Under the pieces are notes generated by a model that searched no databases, had not been told where the DNA came from, and saw only the letters and a program-made list of their open reading frames with translations. From positions 1 to 28,737 of the IMG/VR virus record IMGVR_UViG_3300025018_000448: a stretch of 28,737 nucleotides of DNA, one strand, 5' to 3'. The number at the start of each line of letters is the position of its first letter. Within the stretch, counting starts at the first letter, position 1. A program made the position numbers and the translations under genes. Of this stretch, positions 14,380-23,800 are shown piece by piece. This DNA comes from a virus. Its lineage: Duplodnaviria > Caudoviricetes.

Positions 14380-15519
14380 ATGGGAAGGACATCACAGAAT
14401 ATAGTCATACCAAATATAACCATCAGCGGGTACAAAGTTTACAAAACTCCTGGAGCATACTCAAGTGAGATAGTGCCATTTGGTGTGGGGAGAATAGGCG
14501 TTTTTGTCGTTGGTGCCGGAGGTGGTGGGGCTGGAACGACAGGCGGTAGCTATAATGCAACAGGCGGTGGCGGTGGCGGTTTTGCCCATGGCTTTTTTAA
14601 TGTGGTACCTGGGAGCACGTTGTCGACAATAACCGTCGGCGCTGGCGGGGCAGGTGCTACAACTCTAGCAGACGGGTCTGCTGGTGGCACAAGCTCCTTT
14701 GGTACTTACCTAAGTGCTACTGGTGGTGGTGGAGGTCGTTTTGGGTCATATACAGTATCGCCCCTAGCTGGTGGAACAGGTGGTGTCGGTTCTGTTGGCA
14801 CAGGTGTTATTTCAGGGACAATAGGCAGCGGTGGTGCTGGTGGTAGAATAACCCTCAGCGGTTCTGGCGGAAGTAACTATACAGGTGGAGGTGGAGCTGG
14901 GTGTGTGTTTTCTAGCGGCGGGAATGGTGGTGAGATATTAGCTGGAGCCCAAGGGTCTAGCACAGGCGGTGGAGGCTTTGGAGGTAACGGTGGGTCGGTT
15001 TTAGCTACGACGGGGCAAGGCCAAGGCTCCGGCGGTGGTGGTTTATATAACGGCGGAGCGGTGAGCGCAGGGGGAACAATTGGCGTATATTCTGGCGGCG
15101 GTGGTTCTGCTGGGCCTGGCTTTCTTGCAACAACGACAGCACATAGCAAAGGTGGTAATGGAGTCTTTTCTAGTGGTGGTGTGGTAGGTGCGGATGCCCC
15201 GAGTGTTATGGGATATGTGTCTGAAGATACAGCATTCATGGCGTTTATTAACCATAAGATGCTCATAGGTGGTGGCGGTGGAGCTAATAGTGGGGCAGGA
15301 TCAGCCGGTGGTGGTGGTGGTGGTGGTTTTGGCGGCATAGGTGGCGTAGGTGGTGGTGGTGGTGGTGGTGGTAACGGCGGCCCAGGTGGTGACGGGGGAA
15401 TGGGTGGTGGCGGAGGTGCCAATGGTGGCATGGGTGGCATAGGTGGTGGTGGTGGTGGTAGAAATGTGTCCTATGGTACCGGAGCAGGTGGCAACGGTTT
15501 AGTCGTAATTTACTGGTGA
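14380..15519 (+). CDS. glycine-rich tail fibre / receptor-binding protein
   Basis: 'VVGAGGGG...GGGGGGFA', 'GGTSSFG', poly-Gly tracts and terminal 'GAGGNGLVVIYW', the pattern of phage glycine-rich fibre domains. Confidence 0.75.
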   Translation: MGRTSQNIVIPNITISGYKVYKTPGAYSSEIVPFGVGRIGVFVVGAGGGGAGTTGGSYNATGGGGGGFAHGFFNVVPGSTLSTITVGAGGAGATTLADGSAGGTSSFGTYLSATGGGGGRFGSYTVSPLAGGTGGVGSVGTGVISGTIGSGGAGGRITLSGSGGSNYTGGGGAGCVFSSGGNGGEILAGAQGSSTGGGGFGGNGGSVLATTGQGQGSGGGGLYNGGAVSAGGTIGVYSGGGGSAGPGFLATTTAHSKGGNGVFSSGGVVGADAPSVMGYVSEDTAFMAFINHKMLIGGGGGANSGAGSAGGGGGGGFGGIGGVGGGGGGGGNGGPGGDGGMGGGGGANGGMGGIGGGGGGRNVSYGTGAGGNGLVVIYW

Positions 15520-15527
15520 GGAGTGAT

Positions 15528-15968
15528 ATGAAATATGCATGGATAGAAAACGATAAAGTACGAGACACGGCTACCGATCCGAAGAACCAATTTCACCCTA
15601 CTGTTGCTGTGTACTATGATACGGAGGTGCCAGATGAAGTGCAGAGCGGATGGGAGCTTATTGATGGTACGTGGGTAGCACCTGCAGTACCTGAACTACA
15701 GGAACCTATTGAAACTCCCGTAGTATACCTTAAGATATCCCCGGTAGAATTTAAGCTACTGTTTACTGGGCCTGAGAGAATAGCTATAAGGGCGGCATCA
15801 ACTACTGATGCACTTATAGAGGATTTCTACGAGATTATAGATGACCCCAGGCTTACAGTAGTAGACTTAGGTTTGAAGTCTACACAAGATGGTATAGGAT
15901 ACTTAGCATTACTAGGACTAATAGCACCTGAGAGAGTACCAGAGATACTTACAGGTATCTTCAAATAA
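15528..15968 (+). CDS. putative tail fibre assembly/accessory protein
   Basis: Start moved from GTG 15516 to ATG 15528 (GAGGAG at 15518-15523); follows the fibre gene; 'VPDEVQSGW..DGTWVAP' and 'ISPVEFKLLFT..ERIAIRAA' segments. Confidence 0.6.
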   Translation: MKYAWIENDKVRDTATDPKNQFHPTVAVYYDTEVPDEVQSGWELIDGTWVAPAVPELQEPIETPVVYLKISPVEFKLLFTGPERIAIRAASTTDALIEDFYEIIDDPRLTVVDLGLKSTQDGIGYLALLGLIAPERVPEILTGIFK

Positions 15969-15972
15969 CAGC

Positions 15973-15984
15973 GTCTCTAGAGAC
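15973..15984. promoter_or_regulatory. GTCTCTAGAGAC palindrome, copy 5
   Basis: Exact; intergenic, upstream of the internal-protein cluster. Confidence 0.75.
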
Positions 15985-16005
15985 AGAGATAAGGGAAGGT
16001 TGTAT

Positions 16006-17892
16006 ATGCCTACAGCAATGAAGTGGGATCCTGCTACTGGATCTTATAAGAGGCCTGAGGTCCAGAGGGTCCATAAACCAACAGGGAGTAGAATATCTAA
16101 TTTATTTACTACTCAAGAGGATAAGATAAACTATTATACTCCTCTTACAAACTTAACGCCAACTGAGAAGGGGCTGATTCAGGATGGTAAATTAAGCCAG
16201 GTTGAGAACGCCCGTAGTAATATGCAGGGGGATTCTAATAATTCTGAGTTACTTAGAAGGATTAATGAATCCCGAGCTATGGATGACTCTAGAAAAGCAC
16301 CTACATATACGTCAAATATAGAGCAGCAGCAGAAACCTACAGGAGATCTAGGTAATGCCCCTCCTGCAATAATAGGACCAGGAGGTGTACGCTCTATCGA
16401 CGAGACGTTATATAAGCCCCCTGCAACGACGGGACCAGGAGATGTACGCTCTATTGACAATACACTGTATAAGCCCCCAACATCAGACCCAGCATCTACT
16501 CAAGTCTCAGGGGTTCTGACAGGGCAGCAAGCCCCAACATCTCCAGCACCTACCATGTCTGTTCCAGTAGCCCCAACGTCTTCAGCGCCTACTATGTCTG
16601 TTCCAGTAGCCCCAATAACTGGTACAACTATTTATAGTGGCACTAGACAAGACTCTGGGTTGTCGTATGTAGACCCAACTAGAAGTACTGTTGCTGGTCA
16701 GTTAACTACGCTGCTAGGTACTAATAGTCCTTACATCCAAGAGGCCCGTAGACAGGGCCTCTTACAAGCTGCACAGCAGGGGGGGGTTAATAGTACAGCT
16801 TCTGCTGCTGCTGCTCAGAGAGAGGCTTATGCTGCTGGGTTACCTATAGCCTCTCAAGATGCTGGTACTTTCGCAGCAGCTCAGGGGAGAGAGCAAGAGG
16901 GTAATATAGGGTCTAACTTAAGTGCTCAAGGGGCTACCCAACAGAGTGGCCTCAGTGCTCAAAGTGCCTTCCAAGATAGAGTCTTAAGCTCTCAAAATGC
17001 TATGCAGCAGAGTGGCCTCAGCGCTCAGGGTGCCTTCCAGGATAGGGTCTTAAGTGCTCAGAATGCTATGCAGCAGAGCGGCCTCAGTGCTCAAGATGCA
17101 GCTCAACGTGCGGGGCTAAGTGCACAGGAAGCAGGTCAACTGAGTGCCTTAAGTTTCCAGGAGTCCTTACAAGCCTCTGGTCTTAGTGCACAGGATGCTC
17201 TGCAGCGGTCTGGGCTTAGTGCCCAGGAGTTCATCCAGCAGGGCGGCCTTAGCACACAGAATGCTTGGCAAGATCGTATACTTGCCAATGATATGTTTGG
17301 ATACAATACGTCTACATTGGCCCAGCAGATAGAAGGTAACTTGGGGGCTATAGGGCTGGAGGGTTCTATAAAAAGTATACTAGATAAGCAAGCTCAAGAT
17401 CATGACACGATGATCACTGATAAGGGCATTGATGCCAATGAAGCTAACTTACATACAAATATTCTTGGGAATCTTACGAATAATGTGGTATCACAAATAG
17501 CTGGTATCATCGGGGATCCTAATATTAGTAATAAGAATGATGCTATTACAGCCCTCTTTGGTGGGCTAAATGATACTAGCTTCGGGCAAGGGGTTCTTGA
17601 TATAAACTTCACAGACTCAAGTACTATAAGTAGTGCTTACAAGGAAGTCCTTGGGAGGGAGCCCACTGAGAGTGAGTTAGACTACTGGGAAGGCACCGAA
17701 GGTTTCAATATGGATGCCTTCAGGGAGGCAGCTGCACCTGAGATTAAGCAGAAGGGTATCATAGAAGCTTATAGAACTATTCTTAAGAGAGAGCCTTCTC
17801 CTGAGGAAGTAACCGCTTGGAGAGATATGGAAGGCCCCTTCGATATAGAAGCCTTTAAGCAAGCAGCACAAGCTGAACTAGGAGGTGCATAA
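16006..17892 (+). CDS. putative internal virion / ejection protein with tandem repeats
   Basis: ATG 16006 preferred over TTG 16000; Pro/Thr repeats, 11-aa LSAQ repeats, two C-terminal AY...L.REP...E...W units. Confidence 0.6.
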   Translation: MPTAMKWDPATGSYKRPEVQRVHKPTGSRISNLFTTQEDKINYYTPLTNLTPTEKGLIQDGKLSQVENARSNMQGDSNNSELLRRINESRAMDDSRKAPTYTSNIEQQQKPTGDLGNAPPAIIGPGGVRSIDETLYKPPATTGPGDVRSIDNTLYKPPTSDPASTQVSGVLTGQQAPTSPAPTMSVPVAPTSSAPTMSVPVAPITGTTIYSGTRQDSGLSYVDPTRSTVAGQLTTLLGTNSPYIQEARRQGLLQAAQQGGVNSTASAAAAQREAYAAGLPIASQDAGTFAAAQGREQEGNIGSNLSAQGATQQSGLSAQSAFQDRVLSSQNAMQQSGLSAQGAFQDRVLSAQNAMQQSGLSAQDAAQRAGLSAQEAGQLSALSFQESLQASGLSAQDALQRSGLSAQEFIQQGGLSTQNAWQDRILANDMFGYNTSTLAQQIEGNLGAIGLEGSIKSILDKQAQDHDTMITDKGIDANEANLHTNILGNLTNNVVSQIAGIIGDPNISNKNDAITALFGGLNDTSFGQGVLDINFTDSSTISSAYKEVLGREPTESELDYWEGTEGFNMDAFREAAAPEIKQKGIIEAYRTILKREPSPEEVTAWRDMEGPFDIEAFKQAAQAELGGA

Positions 17893-17893
17893 C

Positions 17894-18202
17894 ATGGGGT
17901 TCTTTACAGATATAGCAGCTCCTTATATAAGTGATTCTTTTGGCTCTTTAGTAGATATCGGTGTTAAGAGCTGGGACTACTTCGCAGACTCCCCTGCACT
18001 GATAGCTGGGGCTGTTGGTGTAGCAGGAGGCATAGCAGATTACTATGGAGAACAAGAGAAGACAAAGGCATATACAGAAGCTAATACCTATGCATCTAGG
18101 GCTAATCAGGAGCAATTAGCTAGACATAACAAAGGCATAGAAGACCTTGCTAATATGTATAGGGAGCGTAAGAAGGGAGTCCTTCAAGGGGGAACTACCT
18201 AA
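17894..18202 (+). CDS. putative small ejection protein
   Basis: ATG 17894 with GGAGG at 17881-17885; Gly/Ala hydrophobic segment (ALIAGAVGVAGGIA) then a Gln/Lys/Glu helix. Confidence 0.6.
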   Translation: MGFFTDIAAPYISDSFGSLVDIGVKSWDYFADSPALIAGAVGVAGGIADYYGEQEKTKAYTEANTYASRANQEQLARHNKGIEDLANMYRERKKGVLQGGTT

Positions 18203-19092
18203 TGGCTGTACTTCAAGGATATAGAGATGTCTCTAGAGACATAAGAAATAGGTATGAGCGTAAGCCACTCTTTACTATGGATGTAACTAAGAATATAATA
18301 GACGAGAGTAAGGGTGTAGTACCAGCACAACAAGAACCAATAGTACCTATACAGCAAGAACAAGTGGTGCCCATACAGCAAGGACAAGTAGTACCCCCCA
18401 GGAATCCTGTACTCCCGCCCGAGGATAGAGATAATGCCGTAGATACCACCACAGATCTTGCAAGTAGGGAAGTAACTACGTCAAACGACATAAGAAGTGT
18501 TTTGGATAAGACTAGTGTATCTAAGAATCCTACAGTACAGAAGGCATTCGAGGAAACCCTTAGCGCTACGATAGGGCCCTTGGCCTCTCTCTATACAGCA
18601 CCTAGGGCATTCTTAGGTACTGTAGCAGCTACAATGGAGTCCTTTGAAGATGGTGTACTAGGTGATGCTTTTGGTACCAGGGAGAGGGAGGATGCTAGAG
18701 ACAGAGTAGAGGATAGGGGCTACAGTAGAGCACAGACAGCTGCAGGAGTTGCTGCTGATACGAATCTTGGGGGTTACACCGGGATAGATCCTGGGGTAGG
18801 CCCCTCTGGATATGGCTTAGACCCAGGACTCTCTGATATGGACCCATATGGGGGGTATGACTTAGATAGTGGTGACATAGGATCCTACGGAGTCTCAGAT
18901 GATGTAGGCGTAGATTCGAATCTCGATGGCTTTGGCGATATAGGGAATATAGGACCATCGAGCTTTGGTGGGTTCGAAGGATCCCTAGGTGATGCTGCTG
19001 CTGGAGATAATGATGGCCCCTCAGAAGGTGGAGGGACTGGTAGAGGATCCTCAGATAATGATAGTTCAGCTGGTGGTATCGGTGGAGTATAA
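18202..19092 (+). CDS. hypothetical virion-associated protein with acidic Gly/Asp-rich C-terminus
   Basis: TAATG overlap with the previous gene; short QQE-VVP repeats; low-complexity tail. Confidence 0.65.
   Translation: MAVLQGYRDVSRDIRNRYERKPLFTMDVTKNIIDESKGVVPAQQEPIVPIQQEQVVPIQQGQVVPPRNPVLPPEDRDNAVDTTTDLASREVTTSNDIRSVLDKTSVSKNPTVQKAFEETLSATIGPLASLYTAPRAFLGTVAATMESFEDGVLGDAFGTREREDARDRVEDRGYSRAQTAAGVAADTNLGGYTGIDPGVGPSGYGLDPGLSDMDPYGGYDLDSGDIGSYGVSDDVGVDSNLDGFGDIGNIGPSSFGGFEGSLGDAAAGDNDGPSEGGGTGRGSSDNDSSAGGIGGV
18227..18242. promoter_or_regulatory. ATGTCTCTAGAGACAT palindrome, copy 6 (intragenic)
   Basis: Exact core extended to 16 bp, near the start of ORF 18202. Confidence 0.65.
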
Positions 19093-19107
19093 TAGGAGAA
19101 TAAAGAG

Positions 19108-19596
19108 ATGGCTGTAATGCAAGGGCCTCCAAGCCCAGAAGTACAAGAGGTAGCACCTAAGACTATGGGTGCTCCTAAGATATATCCTAAGGATAAGGAG
19201 CAAGCTGAACAGTTTCTCCTTAGCATAGTTAAGGTAATACACCAGAACGATAGTGCAGCAGAGCACCTTAGCAAGGCTGGAGAGATGCCTATAAGCTCTA
19301 TCATAGCTGTACTAGCAGCTAAGGTACTTACACTCATGTTCACCCAAGTATATAAGCAAACTAATGGTGCACAAGTAGTAGCCTCCTTTGCTGTAGAAGC
19401 TGTAAGGAGAGCTGTAACTGAGATCGCTGAGATAGCTGAAGTTGTACTGGGAAGAAAGATAACTAGGAAGGAGGTACAGGAAGCTGCTAAGATATCTGGA
19501 GATTCTGTACAGAAGACTATGGATGAACTTGCTGATGGAGAGCAAGCACAGACTCCAGGTGTCATGCAGGGGCCACCACAAGAGGGAGGTATGTAA
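19108..19596 (+). CDS. hypothetical protein (internal virion cluster)
   Basis: AGGAG RBS; 162 aa helical; VMQGPP at both ends. Confidence 0.7.
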   Translation: MAVMQGPPSPEVQEVAPKTMGAPKIYPKDKEQAEQFLLSIVKVIHQNDSAAEHLSKAGEMPISSIIAVLAAKVLTLMFTQVYKQTNGAQVVASFAVEAVRRAVTEIAEIAEVVLGRKITRKEVQEAAKISGDSVQKTMDELADGEQAQTPGVMQGPPQEGGM

Positions 19597-19599
19597 GCT

Positions 19600-20790
19600 A
19601 TGGGATTTGGAGCAGCAATAGCACAGGGGGTTCTCAAGGGTGTACAAGGTGCTGGCCTTACAAAGTTAGAGCAGCTTAAGGAAGAAGCTAAGCAGCTCAG
19701 GGAGGATAACTTACTGAAAGCTGGGAGAGCATACCAGACAGGTGAGAGAGTAGCTGAGCAGACGTACAAGACAGGCGAGAGGGTGGCTGGGCAGACGTAC
19801 GAGACAGGTGAGAAGGAGAAGGATAGAACCTTAGATAAGGAGCAGTTCGAGGTTACCTCTGGTCTCACCAGAACAGAGATGGAAAACACCAGGAACTATA
19901 GGTCAGATCAGACATCCTTACAGAGACAGCAGCTAGCCCAGAATGCTACTGATGCTGCTGAAGGTAGAACGCTACAGAGGATGCAGATAGAAGCTACAAT
20001 AGCTGGTAATGAGCTAACTGCTAAGACGCAGAAAGAATTAGTAGATCTTAGGAGAGATGCTGAAATAGTGGTAAACACTAATAAGATATCTACTGAAGAT
20101 GCAAGTACTGAGGGTAAGATAAATAATCTTATGACTGATCTTAAGAACTTAGAGGGCTTTAAGAGTTCTACACCAGCAGTACAGAACTTAGTAGAGATGC
20201 ATGTGAGAGTCACAGGGAAACTACCTGAAAATCTTAAGTCTGATGGTACTGGTGGGACGTTGATAGCCAGTAAGGGTGAAGTTAAGGGTGCATCTGCTAC
20301 TGAAGTCCTGAAGATAATGGAGGATAAGAGAGCTACTGATCCTTCTTTCGAAGAGCTAGACCAGACTGTACAGTACTTCCAGGCAGCTAAGATGGCTATA
20401 GCCTCGGCCAATGCTAATATAGGCAATATAGAAGGTGTTAAGAGAATACCCGATGGTAAGTACGTAGATCTTGCTAAGGATGTTAAGAAAGGTAAGGTTA
20501 ATTTTATTGATCTAGTTACTACTTATAGGCCTAGTGATCTTGATAAGCTAGCCATTACTATAGGTGAACTAAATAAGATAGAGGATATTAAGTTCCCAAG
20601 GATAGTCAAGCAAGAGGATACAGGTGGAGTACTACAAGGGCCTCCCTTACCTACCAGACCTAAAGTAAGGAGTATCCCAGGTAGGCAGGGGATACAGGCC
20701 GTAGAGGGTGTGTTCCGTGGAGATCCTATGAGGCTGTATGAAGAGGAAGTTATAAGTCCCGCACAAAAGGCATCTGCTAATATATACTAA
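19600..20790 (+). CDS. putative ejection / internal virion protein
   Basis: N-terminal GFGAAIAQGVLKGVQGAG followed by coiled coil and 11-aa repeats (YQTGERVAEQT); precedes the giant internal protein. Confidence 0.6.
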   Translation: MGFGAAIAQGVLKGVQGAGLTKLEQLKEEAKQLREDNLLKAGRAYQTGERVAEQTYKTGERVAGQTYETGEKEKDRTLDKEQFEVTSGLTRTEMENTRNYRSDQTSLQRQQLAQNATDAAEGRTLQRMQIEATIAGNELTAKTQKELVDLRRDAEIVVNTNKISTEDASTEGKINNLMTDLKNLEGFKSSTPAVQNLVEMHVRVTGKLPENLKSDGTGGTLIASKGEVKGASATEVLKIMEDKRATDPSFEELDQTVQYFQAAKMAIASANANIGNIEGVKRIPDGKYVDLAKDVKKGKVNFIDLVTTYRPSDLDKLAITIGELNKIEDIKFPRIVKQEDTGGVLQGPPLPTRPKVRSIPGRQGIQAVEGVFRGDPMRLYEEEVISPAQKASANIY

Positions 20791-20806
20791 AGGAGTACTG
20801 TAGGTT

Positions 20807-23800
20807 ATGGGATACTTAGAGGATAATGGCTTTGTAGAGGAACCAGAAACTCTTGATGATATGCGGTACCAAAATACCTTGATGAGTAAGGGGGATAGAG
20901 ATACTACATTAGATTACCTAAGCGCTGCATTCAGGGGCTTTGGTACTGCAATTAATATGTCTGGAGCATCACTACAACAGATGGGGGCTGAGGATGCTGG
21001 ACAGGTTGTAAGAGATGCAGGTAGTTCTATGCTTGAGTCTGAGTTCGCTAAACCAGATCCTGCTGAGTTCTTTGGAAAAGAGGGCTTGCTAAAGAGAGGC
21101 ACTATGGTAGCAGTAGAATCTACAGCAGCATCTACTGCACCCCTCCTTTCTGGTATAGCTGGATCAGCCGTAGGTAGTCCTCTAGTTGGTGCCGGTGCTG
21201 CCGGTGTTACCGGATTTCTTCAGTATGGCTTAGGAGGTAAGAAGATAGCCTTTGAGAATATTACTAAAGAGAAGCCTGATATGCCACTGGAAGAGAGGGA
21301 GGAGTACTCCTGGAGAGTGGGGATGAATGAGGCTATACCTGAGATGCTGGGAGACATGATATCCATAGCATCTGGTGGTATTCTTGCGGAAGGAAAACCT
21401 GTGTTATCAGCTGGCTTCAAGGCTCTCTTTAATTCAGGAGAGCTTACAGCTAAGGAAGCCGTAGCTACAGCCTTCAAAGGGGCATCTCCCGCTGCTATAG
21501 CTAAGGTTACTGGGTTTAACGCTGGCATTTCGACGGGGACAGAGACTGTCACAGAGTTACTTAATAGGGCTAATAGAGAGTCCTATGAGTTACCAGCACA
21601 GAACATGGACTTCCCTACTCTCTTAGTTGCTGCAGCCTTCCCAGGCCCAGTAGGTACAGCAGCAGGTTATGTTGGTGGTAGGCTTAAGATAGCTTCTATT
21701 AAGAAGGGTGTAGAGGATGCTTTATCATCCGGGGATATAGAGACAAGGTTAGCTACCTCTGAGCTCTTGAGTAATAGAATATCCGAGATTGATCCTGAGT
21801 TTGGACAGAAGTTTAAGGAGACTATAGTACCTCTTGCTATTGAGGGGCCAGTGTCCCTAGAGACAGTAATTAATAAGAGGACTACCATAGATGAAGTTAT
21901 AGATACTCCAGAGAAAGTGATGGAGTCTAGTGGTATCCCCTTAGGCGGATCTGAGTTAAGAACTACTAATAGAGCAGAAGAATTCAAGAAGGAAGAAGAA
22001 GCTCGTATAGCCACTGAGGAAGCACAGAAGTTAACAGTGGAGAGTAGGCTAGCACCATTTAAGGCTAAGCAAGAGACCTCCATAAGTATCACTGATGGGA
22101 TAGCAAAGGAAGAAGCACAGAGAAGGATGGCTAGTATCTCTGCTAAGGTAGAGGACTACATGAAGACTGTAGAGCCTGACACAAGCCTACTGACTAGGCT
22201 AGATGCAGCTACAGGGAAGGTTGTACCAGCCACTATAGCTGAGGCTTCTGTCCCCCTCTATGATGCCTTAATTCTAGATAACGCTAGATCACAGGCTATC
22301 AAGGAGGGTATGCAGAGAGTCCTCGTAGACTCCAATAAGTTAGCTGAGATCACTGATCTGGACGAGAGGGAAGTACTGCAGAATAGAATCCAGAAGACAC
22401 AGAAGCAGATAGTGAAGGAGGTTACTGCACATACCAAAGAGAAGGGGAAGGCTGTAGTAGCCCCTGTAGAGCAGAAGATTTCTAAAGTAGCTCCTCCTAT
22501 AGCTGAGTTACCTAAACTGAGAGATGAAGATATTGCTAGAGCCCAAATGGAGGCTGGTGTAACTAAGACCTCTACAGTAGCCCCCACAGCGAAAGTAGAA
22601 GCTGAGGATACTACCACACCCCTAGAAGCTGAAAAGAACGTAGAGGTGGCAAAGAGTGCTCCTAGAGTAGTTCCTGAAGGAAAGACCTATAAGGAGCAAC
22701 TACTGGTTACACAAAAGCTGGAAGAGGATCTTGCTAGGGCACAGACTGCTGCTAAGTCTGGGAAGCCAGAGGAAGCTACTGCTGCTAAGGAGTTATCCTC
22801 TATACTAGCTGAGGATGTGCAAGTGTCACGTAAGAGACTACAGTCTATGCCTAAGCCGGGAATAGAGCCTATAGTCTTTAAGAATAAGAAGGAAGCCCAA
22901 GAAGCTGCTAGACTAGGTGCACCTGAGAAGATGGGTGAGTCTGAGGTTGCTATAGCCCTTGGGTTACAAGATAGGGGTGTAGATGTAACCCCAGCCATAC
23001 GACTGATACTGGGGAAACAGAAGAAGCTTGGGAAGCAAGATCTAGAAGATCCAGTTAAAGTTAAGGAAGCTGTAGATACTATAGCTAAGGTACTAGAGAC
23101 ACCTCAACAGATCAAGGCTACTGGAGTAGGTGAGGGTAGGAGTATAGAGTTCCATGATGGTACTAAGCTTATCTATATGGGTGCTTCTCTTGAGGCACCT
23201 AAGAGATGGATGGTTAAGCAAGGTCCTCTAACTAAGAGAGTCTCCTCTGAACCCTTGGGAAGGAAGGCTATAGCTGAAGGTACTGTTAAGGATCTTAAGG
23301 ACTATGCTGATGAGGGGCGGAAGGATGTCCTAGCTAAGGATATGCCTAAGCTTACGCAAGAGCAGAAAGACTTAGTAACTAAGTTCATTAAGAATGAGAA
23401 GTATGAGGCGTATGGTCCCTCAGGTGACGTAGCTCTTGCAGCATCCTTACTAGCAGCTGATGGTAAGCTCTATGAGAATGGTAAGCTTAATGTCAAGGGA
23501 CTTAAGAGTAAGACTAAGAGCATCACAGATACTATTACTAGGAAGAGTTCAGAGTCTATGTCAGCTGGACAGGCTGGGGTAACTTCTGGAGTAACTGAGA
23601 AGCTGGAGCTTAGTACTGAGGAGGACATAGTTCTTCCAGCAGAGAAGCCTGTGAGGACTAAGGCAGAGGTAGCAGCTGAGAGGAAGGCTAAGAGGGAGGC
23701 TCTAGAGTCAACTGTAGTTAAAGTTGAGGCTACTGAGGATCTTAAGGCACAGATTCTTGCTAGGCATAAGGAAGCCATGGCCAAGAAGAAAGCATCTGGT

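Noticed and set aside
14877-15568. Pro-rich and His-rich - strand ORFs
   Set aside because: Antisense shadows of GGT/GGC glycine codons in the fibre gene.
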